Positions 23,531 to 39,134 of a stretch of DNA of 64,000 nt are shown here, piece by piece. This DNA comes from Dimorphilus gyrociliatus (Eukaryota; Animalia; Annelida): assembly GCA_904063045.1 (NCBI GenBank), contig CAJFCJ010000007.1, positions 1,208,510 to 1,272,509 of the forward strand. Reading direction: 5' to 3'. Position 1 is the stretch's first letter; each line of letters opens with the position of its first letter. Made by a program: the position numbers and the translations under genes. Under the pieces are notes generated by a model. That model saw nothing but the letters and a program-made list of their open reading frames with translations. It had not been told where the DNA came from and made no database searches.

Positions 23531-26500
23531 TCATAATAAAGAGCGAGTATAGCTTAGCAGTCCGTTAATAGTTAAAAGTAGGACATAACAATTTATCCTA
23601 ATTATATTAGCATCTGATCCGGTAGTAACAGTAGAGGAAGATAATTTAGATGTTGTAGAACTTTCTATATCACAAATGGATGGAATACCGTCCTTAACTT
23701 CGTTACAATAATTTTTAGAACAGTAGCAAAAGTCCTCTTTACCACCAGCTAATATTTTCTCAGTACAACCTTCCCTATAGCCCATCCACGCTAATTCAGC
23801 GTTCAATTGACTTTGACAAGTTCTATAAATCATTTCAATGTCATCTGTTGAAAATAGAAAAATCAGGTATATTTATTATGCAATTTTACTTAATATTTAA
23901 ATGATAAGTTGATGGTAATTGTATATATGATTACTCTTTTTCCAAACAACTCTCAGCAAGCATGAGTCACATCCAGTTGCAACCGATGCATCTGATGTGG
24001 ATTTTGGAACTGAGAACTCGGTACCATATCCACATCTTCCATCATATGTGTCGTCTAATGGTCCTCTCTTCCAAAAACAGTTGAAACAGATCAGATTCCG
24101 CTTTAATTCAACAGACGGTGGAACTTTACATGTTAAATTGCCTTTTTGTTAATTTTTTTTATTTTAAACGAAAATTAATGTTTTCATCATTACCAGATAT
24201 AGTTTGTTCAATTGAATTGTTTGTCATATGACAAACATCTGTGGCTTCGTTGTCTTTATTACAGTAATTGTTCTCGCAATAGCAGTAAGTACGCTCGCCG
24301 CCCAATAAAAGTTCTCGAGAACATTGACTCTTTGGAAGTTTCCATTCTTCTTCTCCAAAATCCCTTAAACAATACCTTTGTACTTCATAAATGAAGTTAT
24401 TTCTTTTCAGTACAATTAGACCACACTGCTTGCAATTTCTAACGATTCTTCGATCGCTAATATCCTCGGGGATTGTAAAATTATCGGCCCACGAACAAGC
24501 CGGATCGCTAAAAGGGTCATGAGGTCCGAAGGAGCATTCGAAACAATTAACGGTACCCTGTAAAAAGATGAGCTAGACAAAGAGATTACAGATTTTGCGT
24601 ATTGCACACTTCCTTACACGAGAAGAATTATTGATCGTTTCACATGTCGAATTTAAACCGGCGCTATTTTCATTGCAATAACTATCCGAACAATAGCAAT
24701 TTATCTCCGTCCCCCCATTTAACTCATGCTCGGAGCAGCTAGGAATCGGAGTAAGCCATTCGTTAACAGACGAATGGTTGGGTAGGCAAGTTCGTGAAAT
24801 CTCATAAATATCATCTATAAAAAAAAGGGCACAACATAAAAACAATAGGTTAAGGAGTTAATCAATAACCTTTCTTGTAAACTATGGTAAGAGAACAAGA
24901 ACCGCAATCAGTATCAACGGAAACGTCAGAAGTATTTTTTGGAACAGAAAATTCTCTTCCATATCCGCATCTGCCATCGTATGGATAAGCACTTCCCCCC
25001 CGAAGCCAAAAGCAAGAAAAGCAAGTTAATAATTCTTTGGAAGCCAAAGGAGGGACTGTTTGATTCGAGATATCAATGTTTATTGTCAAAAATTACTATA
25101 GAATGAATACCTAAGGCTATGTCCTTCTTGGTGACCTTTTTAGCTAAATTATCGCAATTGTGTTTAACGTTCTTATTTCTATTGCAATAATTTCCTTCAC
25201 AAAAGCAAAAATCATGTTGTCCTCCGTGAAGTAATTCAGTGGAACATTGATTTTCGTACCCCATCCATTCCTCTTCGCCAAGCTCATTTAGGCAGAATCT
25301 CACTGCCTCATAGACCAAGTCTATTGCAAACAATGATTAAGCGAACGTATATATATGTATGCTAATATTAGATTAGGAGTTCCAACCTCCTTTTAACGTG
25401 AGAATAAGTCCACATTTAAGACAATTTTTAACAACTCTATGATCATTAGTATCTTCTGGTATTGTAAAATTATTTCCATAATTACATTGAAAATCAGTAA
25501 ACGGATCGCCGTACCGATAGGTGCATTGGTAACAATGGTACTCTTTCTATTAATACGAAATCTAGATTACTCATAATTTATTCAAATTTAATACTTTAGA
25601 CAAACCGGTTTAGGTTCAACTTGAACTTGACAAAATGATTTGATACCGTCCTTATTCTCATTACAATAATCTTCTGAACAGTAACAATATTCATCAATGC
25701 CGTCTTTTAATTTTTGTTTTGAACAATGTGGAACATAATTCTGCCATTCGTTCCCCACACTATAAGGTCTTTGGCAAGTTCTACTTATTTCGAAAATTTT
25801 GCCTACAAGTTTTCAAATGTTACAAGCTACAAGTTTAGTTGTTTTGTAAGAGAGTACTAACCTCTTTTCCAGAGGATGGAGATAAGGCATGAATCGCAAT
25901 TCGTTTTCACTGACGGATCGTTAATATCTCTTGGAATTGTAAAATTGTTACCATAGCCACATCTAGCTTCGTACGGATAGTCGCTTAATCCATCTCTCCA
26001 ATGGCATAGGAAACATGTAGTTAATTGTTTAGGTGAGCTTAAGGGTTGAATATTTGAGAGTTTGTTGTATAACGCAAGTTTATTTGTAGGTTTTCTATTA
26101 GCATTATAATTAACAGATGTAACATCTGTATTATTTTGACCAAAATCGTCGCATTCGTGAGTAGCGCTATTGTTCCTATTGCAATAATTACCATCGCAAT
26201 AACAAAATTCGTATTCTCCATTTTGTAACAATTCACTTGAACATTGACTTTCTATTTCAGACCAAGGTTCGTTACCCAATTCTAAAAGGCAGTAACGGCT
26301 AATTTCATAGATTTGGCCTATAATAAGTTTATATATAGAATCAAAAATTGGTAATTGGGCGTATTAAACAAATACGAAACCGAATTTCCATATAAGTATA
26401 AGGCCACATTTTTTACACCCACTTTCAACTCTGTTGTTATTAATAGGAGTTTCCGGAACTGTAAAATTATTACCCCATCCACAAGCCTCATCCCTATAAA

Positions 26501-26697
26501 GATCCCATGACAAATAAGTACAAGTAAAACAATTGTAATCTTCAATGCCAAACACTAGAACTCCTTTATTTTCAATAAAAATTATGATATTATAATAAAG
26601 AATTAATATTTACAAATAATAAAAAAAAGAATAAAGAAACAAGTGATTTACCTTTGAAAACAATTAAGCATAGACAAATATTGATGATTGTATTCAT
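23531..26697 (-). CDS. GPI-anchored protein with six tandem Ly6/uPAR (three-finger/quiver-like) domains, ~839 aa
   Basis: 11 exons (26697-26652, 26563-26381, 26317-25862, 25802-25606, 25546-25387, 25320-25111, 25055-24870, 24814-24618, 24557-24194, 24141-23935, 23844-23531) join in frame (2520 nt). Signal peptide, six CxxC..C..CxxC..RxC..C..CYCxxxYCN..C units, then an S/T spacer and hydrophobic C-terminus. Confidence 0.85.
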
Positions 26698-26734
26698 TTT
26701 TCAAATGCGAATGTGAAGATAAAGTGAGAGAGAT

Positions 26735-26740
<6 letters not shown>

Positions 26741-26771
<31 letters not shown>
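26741..26771. repeat. (GA)n microsatellite immediately upstream of the hexa-LU gene
   Basis: Direct reading of the sequence. Confidence 0.95.
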
Positions 26772-26774
<3 letters not shown>

Positions 26775-27885
26775 TCAGTAAGTAAAAGAATATAAATATA
26801 ATATATAAAGATAATTTAAAAGAATAAGATTAAGGTAAAGAAAGAAAAGATGACTAATGAAGAGATAGACAGATAGATAGATGGATGAATAAAGGGAAAG
26901 ACAGTAGGGAAAGGAGAGAGAAAGATTTAAAAAATTTATATTTATTTATATATATATATATATATATAATAGAAAAGTCTTGTAAAAGAGAGTTCTAAGA
27001 GAAGAATAAAAATTTTTTGTTTAATATTTTTAATAATTGTAATAAAAAAAAAAAAAGAAAAAGGTCATATTTGAAACAATATGAATTGTTGATTAATATT
27101 AATAAATAAGTTATTGATACTACCTTTTTTAAGTTATCTCTCTACATACATCAGTTTATTGTTTTATTATATAGAAAGAATTTAAAGAAGAGAACAAGCT
27201 ATGTATAGGTTTTTTTTTCTTCTTCAATAAACCTATAAGATATCGTTTAATCCTATATTTCATCCATTTTTTTTAACACTGTATAATATTTTATTACTAA
27301 TTGTTATATATTAATTTATGATTACAAGGATTGATAGAAGAGTAGTACTACTGCAAATTTTATGGGAAATAATAAAGATCTCTACGTTAAAAAAGATCTA
27401 GTTTACTTTTTTATGATTTTATTATATTCAATCGATTTTTTGATAAATTTTAATAATTATTTTCTGAAAAAGAGAAAAAAAAATCCTCTATCGTATCATC
27501 TATTTATTCACCGGAAGTAAGATAATAAAAAATACTGATAATAGTAAACAAGAATAAAAAAATAAAATTATAAAAAAAAAGCTGTGAATGATCAATTTTT
27601 TTTTATTTTTCAGTTTGATGGAAGCTATAGACCTTTATTCATTAGATTTTGCTGAATTTCGAAAAAACATCGATTTATTCTGATATTTACATAAATAAAT
27701 TTCAACATTCTATCTAAAAATATATATATTTATTTAATATTTTTATTTATACACATACTTTATTATTGAACTTTTGAACTTTTAGTCAAATAATTATTAT
27801 CTTCATTTAATTATTCGTTGATTTTCTTCCTTTATAAAAGTTAACACACATCATCTAAAGAATTTTGAATTTTTAATATAAAAAC

Positions 27886-29113
27886 ATGAATAATTGGAAA
27901 AAGAATAATTTATTTAAAAAAGATCAAACTCTAATCATTCAATCAAAATCAGAATATTTAATTCAAAAGAGAAAATTTGAAACTAGTTTGCCTAAAACGT
28001 CAATAGAAATTCCGGCAATTGGACCTAATTTCAACTCTTCGGATAGGTCGAACTCTGTTGTTGAACCACCAATTAGAAAAGATGTAAGTATTAAAAGTAG
28101 TTCTTTTTTATTATTATCATTTAAAGGGAATTGATGGAAACACTCTGCTATAGATTTTATATCAAGTTGCAAAAAATATAAGACGGTTAAGAGAGGATAA
28201 GAAATCGTTGGGAAATGATAAAAGATGCTCTAATAGTAAAATTAATGGAAATTCTGTTGAAAACAATGCAAATTCAACTGGCGAAAGTCCTAATAAAAGT
28301 ATTAAATTTTCATTATCGAATAATGATACTGGTAAGAATTTAATGGATGATTTTACTATTAATGGAGTGGGGAAGTATGTTCAAAAGTCAATATTAAATA
28401 AAGATGAGCGAATATGTCAATTCAATTCTAATGATATAGAATGGAAGAAATACTTCTCTAAATTTCATTCATTAGATAGATTAACGCCTATTCGACGTCG
28501 TAGAATATTTAAAAGAATTGATTATATCCCCTCCAAGATGAATAAAGTCTATGATAATGTATATTTGAACGGTAGATATTATATGGATGATAAACCTTAT
28601 GAATATTCTCAAGTTATTTCTCTATTGAATGAGAAACCGAAAAGACAAACTAGTACAAACATTGATATTTTAGAGGAACGTGCCTCTGATAAAAATTTCA
28701 AACCGTTTACCTTTTTACAAAATGAAGAGAGGAGCAAGGAAGAGCAAAGGCGAAGATTGAGAAAGGATTTTTGGAAATTTTATCCAGAATATCTAAAGCG
28801 TTTTGAACAGATTCGTAGGCCTATGAAATATGATTCGTGCCTTAACAAAACAAATGAAACTAGAGAAAAAGAAGATAATGCTAACGAAGAAGAGGAAGAT
28901 GAAAATGATAAAGAAAACAAAAAAGATAATAATATACCATTATATAGAAAGAATTTAGTAGAAATTCGTGCAAAGAACGAAAAGAAAGATACTTTTGTTA
29001 AATTTAACTTTAAGAATAAATTAGATAGAAGAGAATTCAATGATTTAATGTGGAAAGATTATCCTGATTATATAGAAAGATTTAAATCCATGTATACGCC
29101 TATTGAACAATAA
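27886..29113 (+). CDS. Uncharacterised Lys/Asn/Glu-rich protein (~385 aa), no recognised domain
   Basis: Exon 27886-28083 (GTAAGT donor) splices in phase 0 to 28154-29113; about 960 nt stay open in very AT-rich DNA; internal repeated WKxYP[ED]Y[LI]xRF motif. Confidence 0.65.
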
Positions 29114-29148
29114 TAAAATATACAAATAAAATGGAAAAAAAATCTTTC

Positions 29149-29151
29149 TCT

Positions 29152-29181
<30 letters not shown>
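29149..29181. repeat. (CT)n microsatellite
   Basis: Direct reading of the sequence. Confidence 0.9.
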
Positions 29182-29182
<1 letters not shown>

Positions 29183-29710
29183 TTTAAAAATCGTACAGTA
29201 TTAATAAATTAATCCTTTTTTGTGTTTTATTTATAAATAATTAGTAGATTTTTTTTAAAAAAAAATTAGTTAATTATTTATTAATTTTATTTTTTTTATT
29301 AGATATAAGTAAGGATGTTATATAGGCCTATAATAGGTTTATTATTTAGTTTTGTACCGTGAAGTATGTAATAAATAGAATATAGATTAATTCTTCTTGT
29401 ATTCTTTATTGAAATTTAGATAGGCTTAGAAAAAGTTATATTTATACGATTTTTAATCAAAAATTAAAAGCAGACGGTTAAACGAGTAAAAGAATCAAAG
29501 AAAAAACACTTTGGATAAAATGATCATAAATAAATAGAGACTTTTTTTTATAAAAAAAAAAAGAAAGAAACGATTTGGTCTTATATTTTATTATGTTTTG
29601 TTTATATTTTATATTTTCTCTTTTTTTTTTTTTACCTCACCTAAACAACAAGCTAGCCAGCCACCCACTCACCCGCCTACTCAACCTTCCTCTTCAGTTT
29701 ATCTGTCGTC

Positions 29711-32700
29711 TTATGAGGGATTTATATCAACTCTATTCAATTTGCTGTTACGTTTAACGTAAATTGAAATAAATATTAGAATAACTATAAATAACGATCC
29801 GAGTACTCCAACGATTATTCCTGGGTTAAAACTGTGGCTCGTGTTCGATTTATTCTGCTCATTTGCTGCGTGAATTTTTAAATAAAATATCAAAGATATA
29901 TGCTGTATATTTAGAACGTGCAATACTCACTCGCCTGTTTATTTTCTTCTCCTTCCTCTCCATGCAACGGCTGACTATAGCTGGGTAATGGATTGTTGTT
30001 TTCGAAAGATTGTTCAGAACAACTTTGAGGGGGTAAAGTGCAATTGAAAGGGCTATTTATCTGGCAAACTACAACATCCGAATGAAGGGAGCTTAATTCA
30101 ATTCCATGATTAGACAGTAGTGATTTATTAATACTAAATCTAAATTCGTGAATAGGTGAATATAGGCTAAAGTTCATACCATCTTCCAAAATGCACCTGA
30201 GAATATTAAAGCTAAACTTAGTTAAATATTAATTTATATAATCTAATTTCTTACCTATCATCTACCAGTTTTCTGGTAATATTTCCACCCTCATTTACGA
30301 ATAAGTTAATTAAATTAACTGTAAAACCTAGCAAGCCTTCAAAATGTAGTTTGATATAGACTTCAGAGGGCGCTTCGTCTGTCTTATTCAAAGTATCAGT
30401 AAAATTAATATTTTTAAAGAAATCCATTCTTATTGAGAAATCGCCATCTGATTCAACGAAGTTTGGAAACGGTGAACTCGTTGAGTATGTTACATCTACT
30501 GTGACTTCTGCATCTGACGTTAATTCCCCTGAAGTCGTTGGGTTGGATACTTCACTATTTGTTGAAAGTTGAATTAAAGTTGTTTCTGTTATATTATCGT
30601 TAGTTAATGTTGAAAATTGTGTATTAAGTGTTGGTACTTTACCAGTTTGTTTACTCGTTGTAAAACTTTGCGAGCTATTTTCATCTTGAGTTACTCCAAA
30701 AGTTGACTGGAAATTTTGCGTAACTGTAGAATGAGACGATTTCGTTGCTGTCATTGGTGAATCGGAAATGGTTGTACTTTTCTCGGATAATGTTCCTGTG
30801 GAAGTTGTCCATTCAGTTTTTTCAGAAATTGTACTCTCCTCATTACCGTTTGAAGTTGAAGAAAACGGCAAACTCGTTATTGTAGACATCGTTTCTTTAG
30901 AAATTGCCTCTGTACTTTGGACATTCACGTCTGTGGCTATACTTTGTGATGATGCCGTAGGTGTTTCTATCTCTACAGTTTGTTTACTAGAGAAATAATC
31001 TGTAGATCTCGTTTCTTCATTAACTTCTGTTGATGAACTGGACATGAAAGATGGTGAAGTTGAAACGCCATTCGAAGAGGATATTTCTCCCTTTGAACTA
31101 GAGTAGCCAACAGATGACACGGTAAGGATTTTCTCTGTAGTTACTATATCACTACTTCCGGATAACGAAGACCCACTTCCACTATTTGTTGTTGAGCCTA
31201 AATCTGGTTCAGTTGTATGAATTCCAGTTATATCATTCCCGGATGAAGTTGTTTCAGCTATCGGACGTGTTGTTCTTCCTGTAGTATCTGACGATTCCGT
31301 CGTATTAGTAGAGTTAGTGAAAAGTTCTGTTGTTATATTTAGACCATCAGGTGATGGAGTAACAGTGTGAATATCTCCTGTTCCTGTTACGGTAGAGGCA
31401 TCGTTAGAAGAACTCGATCCTATTGAAATACTAGTTTTGGTTGATGATTCAGTTGGACCTGTTCGAGTGCTGTCAGATTCTTGAGTTTGTGTTTGTATTG
31501 TTGCAGTTCCAGCAGAAATATCCGGAGAAGATGTTGAAGAATCTGTAGCTTCTTTTGTTGCAGTTGTATCTGTTGCTGCATCACTAGCAAAGGTCGATGA
31601 TATTTCTGTTAGACCTGTTCGAGTGCTGTCGGATTCTTGGGTTTGAGTCTGTGTTGTTGCAGTACCACCAGAAATGTCTGGAGCAGATGTTGAAGAATCT
31701 ATAACTTCTTTTGTTGCAGTTGTATCTGTTACTGAATCACTAGTAAAGGTCGATGATGACTCAGTTGGATCTGTTCGAGTGCTTTCCGATGCTTGAGTTT
31801 GAGTTTGTGTTGTTGCAGTAGCACCAGAAATGTCTGGAGAAGATGTTGAAGAATCTGTGGCTTCTTTTGTTGCAGTGAAAGCCGTTGCTGTATCACTAGC
31901 AAAGGTCGAAGATGACTCAGTTGGATCTGTTCGTGTGCTGTCAGATTCTTGGGTTTGGGTCTGTGTTGTTGCAGTACTACCAGAAATGTCTGGAGAAGAT
32001 GTTGAAGAATCTGTGGCTTCTTTTGTTGCAGTTGTATCTGTTGCTGCATCACTAGCAAAGGTCGATGATATTTCTGTTGGACCTGTTCGAGTGCTGTCAG
32101 ATTCTTGGGTTTGAGTTTGTGTTGTTGCAGTAGCACCAGAAATGTCTGGAGCAGATGTTGAAGAATCTATAACTTCTTTTGTTGCAGTTGTATCTGTTAC
32201 TGAATCACTAGTAAAGGTCGAAGATGACTCAGTTGGATCTGTTCGTGTGCTGTCAGATTCTTGGGTTTGGGTCTGTGTTGTTGCAGTACTACCAGAAATG
32301 TCTGGAGAAGATGTTGAAGAATCTGTAGCTTCGTTTGTTGCAGTTGTATCTGTTACTGAATCACTAGCAAAGGTCGATGATGACTCAGTTGGATCTGTTC
32401 GAGTGCTTTCCGATGCTTGAGTTTGAGTTTGTGTTGTTGCAGTAGCACCAGAAATGTCTGGAGAAGATGTTGAAGAATCTGTGGCTTCTTTTGTTGCAGT
32501 GAAAGCTGTTGCTGCATCACTAGCAAAGGTCGATGATATTTCTGTTGGACCTGTTCGAGTGCTGTCAGATTCTTGGGTTTGAGTTTGTGTTGTTGCAGTA
32601 GCACCAGAAATGTCTGGAGCAGATGTTGAAGAATCTATAACTTCTTTTGTTGCAGTTGTATCTGTTACTGAATCACTAGTAAAGGTCGAAGATGACTCAG

Positions 32701-34990
32701 TTGGATCTGTTCGTGTGCTGTCAGATTCTTGGGTTTGGGTCTGTGTTGTTGCAGTACTACCAGAAATGTCTGGAGAAGATGTTGAAGAATCTGTAGCTTC
32801 GTTTGTTGCAGTTGTATCTGTTACTGAATCACTAGCAAAGGTCGATGATGACTCAGTTGGATCTGTTCGAGTGCTTTCCGATGCTTGAGTTTGAGTTTGT
32901 GTTGTTGCAGTAGCACCAGAAATGTCTGGAGAAGATGTTGAAGAATCTGTGGCTTCTTTTGTTGCAGTGAAAGCTGTTGCTGTATCACTAGCAAAGGTCG
33001 AAGATGACTCAGTTGGATCTGTTCGAGTGCTTTCCGATTCTTGAGTTTGTGTTTGTATTGTTGCAGTTCCAGCAGAAATATCCGGAGAAGATGTTGAAGA
33101 ATCTGTGGCTTCTTTTGTTGCAGTTGTATCTGTTGCTGCATCACTAGCAAAGGTCGATGATATTTCTGTTGGACCTGTTCGAGTGCTGTCAGATTCTTGG
33201 GTTTGAGTCTGTGTTGTTGCAGTACCACCAGTAATGTCTGGAGCAGATGTTGAAGAATTTGTAACTTCTTTTGTTGTAGGTTCGTTAGTCGAAGTGGTAT
33301 CTCCTGCTGAATCACTTGAGAGTTCAGTAGTTGACGACGTTATACTAGTACTTTTGTCATGACCTGAAGATGGAGTTACTGATCCAGTGTTGGACGATAT
33401 TGTTGAAGGCGTATGATCCACTGATTTGGATGGGGTTGAATGACTAGTTGTCTGTTCTGAAAAGGTTGTTTGAGAGTTTGCAAAGGTAGTTTTTTCAGAA
33501 CTCTCTGTCTGGTGATTGCTAACTTTATTTGTTGTCAGTGTACTCATTTCCAGATCTGTTTCGTCACTCGTAGTATCTGTTACCTCTTCAGTTGCGTCTG
33601 TTCTCATTGATGAACTATCTATCTTTGTTGCAGTTGTTTCTTCTGTGGAGTCAGATGATACTTTTTGAGAATTAGATGATGAAACGAAGGTTATTGTATT
33701 TTGTTCTGCAGTTGTGGTTTCAATACTTGTTGGCTTCGTATCTGAAATTAAGGTTGATGTTGATAATTATTAGTTTGACTTTTGTGATGGTATTCTCACC
33801 AGAAGTTGTTGATTGTATAGAATCTGTAGTTCTAGATGGTGAGTCACTAGGATGCGAAGTTTCTGTAGAGGTTGCTTCATTCTGCGGTACAGATTCTGTT
33901 GTTTGGATAGTTTCATCTATATCATTTGTTGAAGAGGTTTGAACAACAGATTCTGATGTTTGCGTAAACGGTTCGCTATGTTTTATAGTAGAACCGTCAT
34001 CATTCGTAGCTGTTCCACTGGGTAAATTGGATGTATTTGACATATCTGGAGTTGAAGTCGATTCGTGTTTTGATGTTTGTACAACGGTTTGTTGCGAATT
34101 GGCGATTGAAGTTTGGGGTAAATTCGTAGTTGAGTGTGATGAAGTTCTTGTGTGGGTAGAGTCCGTGCTTGTATCTACACTGTGCGTAGTCTGATCTCCG
34201 TTAGCTACTGTGGAAATTGTAGCTTTACTCTCACTGTGAACCATTGTACTAGGTTCAGTAGATTCGCTTGTCTTTTGGGATGAAACATCTGTAGGTTTCA
34301 AAGTTGTCCCATCTCCACTCCCAACAGTTGTTTCTAGAGTTTTTTCTGTCGTTAAATCAGGCAAAGTCTCACCGGAAATTGTTGATAAAGTATTTTCATC
34401 TATATGCGTACTTTGTGCAAAGGTTGTTAGCTTTGTTGTTGAATCTGAAATTACTGTCGAAAGTGTTTTATCCTCCGCTTCAGTTGATAAAGTTGATGCT
34501 GTTAGTTTAATAAGTCGAATATTTTTTATTTATGATCATAATTTATGATTTTATGATTTAACTCTTACCTTTATCCGAAGTGGTTCGAGCAGCTGTAGTT
34601 ACAGTATTGGAAAAACTGGTCAGAGTAGTGATTTCAAGTTTCTCAGTTGTGGAAAGTTTTGAAGTTGCTTTTGTAGGTTTCTCTGTAATCTCATTTGTAG
34701 TTGAAATATCGGATACTGTAGTAGAATCTGCAAGACAAACGTCGAAGCAGGTCTTTCCGCACCAACCAGGGCGACATAAGCACTTAAAGTCATTTCCAAC
34801 TGGAACGCAAGTTCCACCGTGAGAACACAAGTATTCTAAGTCATCACATATATGCCTGTTTTCGCTTAAAGTAACATAAGGGATAAAGCTAGAAAATAAA
34901 GAAATATACTCAATAATTAACTATAAACACTTTTAGAATTGGAATATTAAAAGTTTACCTTAATAAGATGACTATTTCAAAAATGTTCAT
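29711..34990 (-). CDS. Type-I membrane mucin: signal peptide, N-terminal EGF-like domain, long Ser/Thr stalk with tandem repeats, Cys-containing membrane-proximal region, TM helix, short tail (~1652 aa)
   Basis: Exons 34990-34959, 34888-34569, 34498-33800, 33741-30255, 30196-29931, 29865-29711 are frame-consistent (4959 nt). [37 protein letters not shown]; [23 protein letters not shown] followed by KR. Confidence 0.88.
31441..33275 (-). repeat. Coding minisatellite: ~12 copies of a 156-bp (52-aa) Thr/Ser-rich unit
   Basis: The anchor AAAGGTCGA recurs every 156 bp (~31589, 31745, ... 33149); there are 12 TRT[GD][PL]TE motifs in the translation. Confidence 0.97.
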
Positions 34991-36187
34991 ACTTTATTAC
35001 TCAACACTACTACATTTGACTAGTGTTCATCATTATCTGGGTGTGACAGGTATATTCCATTTCATGACGTGCCTTATCGTAATATAATCTCTAATCTCTA
35101 TTTATAGCCTCAATTTTAAGCGAAAGAATCATTCTCTTGTGTCCTCGTCTCCTCTCCCTCTGAGCCCCCCCGCAAGCCTGACCTTTTAATTATAGTACTT
35201 GAATAAGCCTATTCTAAACATGGGAAAATGAGCAATTTTTAGTAATTTTTCTCAAGTTTTCTTTCAATTTTAGCAACTTGGCTTATTGGTAAATTAACGA
35301 TGTTTAGATGCTTCCTACTCTCTCAAGTAGATATGTCCTATCTATCGAGTGAAGGATATTTTTTTCTATTATTTCTCTATCGTACGACACGTTGTAACAT
35401 TGACCTGTGTACGATGCGGATGTCATTTTTCCAACTTCCTCACACCTTTCTCAGTCTCGCTTTCCTAATGAAATATTTGACTGATTTTTGCATTAATTCA
35501 TATATTCATATTGTACATATTGCCAGTGAAATGGAATATTGATGCCGGAAAAAGGAAACACTATAATGGAATTCTCGCGTAGTTTATTTTATCCATTTTT
35601 TTTTCATTGTTTTTTGCTTTTTTGATGTTTTTTGTTAATTTTTACTTGTTTTTCTGTTACAACAGAAATTCTTGACACAACGCTGCAGAAACAGATAAAT
35701 TTTTTTTGTAGTTATGTTTCTTTCACAACAATTAAACACTTATTACTTTGAATTACAATAGAGAGGACTATAATGACTACTATTCAAGACATAACATAGT
35801 CATAATTGGATTCTTCTTTTCCTCCAGTTTTTGGTTAAAGAGAAGAGTTTTAGGGAAAAGGTTTCAAGTAAATTATTTATTTGTTTGTTTTTTCTGACAG
35901 TCTTTTTTTAAATATTTCTTACCTACGTAGCTCTTTCCTTGAAACAGTTTTCTATTTTCTCTTCTTGCAGTGCAGTTGAGTTTTTTTTTTGTAAAACATT
36001 TAAAGTTGTTAAAAAAAATGATAGTTGAAAGAAAAACAACAGTGCTGTGACAAAGAGAACAAAGCACCACCAAAAATTTCCAAAAAGAAAAACACATAAA
36101 AAAACGAGACAGTCAAGGTAAGAGGAATCGTTCTTTTAATCAAGTAGGAAGGTATGTAAGCACATGAAGATTATTGGGCAAACGACA

Positions 36188-39134
<2,947 letters not shown>

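Noticed and set aside
30768-33315. Several 76-164 aa ORFs on other frames and strands over the mucin array
   Set aside because: Shadow ORFs produced by the stop-poor repeat
33742-33799. Apparent frameshift between the two large mucin ORFs
   Set aside because: Explained by a 58-bp GTGAGA..TTTCAG phase-1 intron
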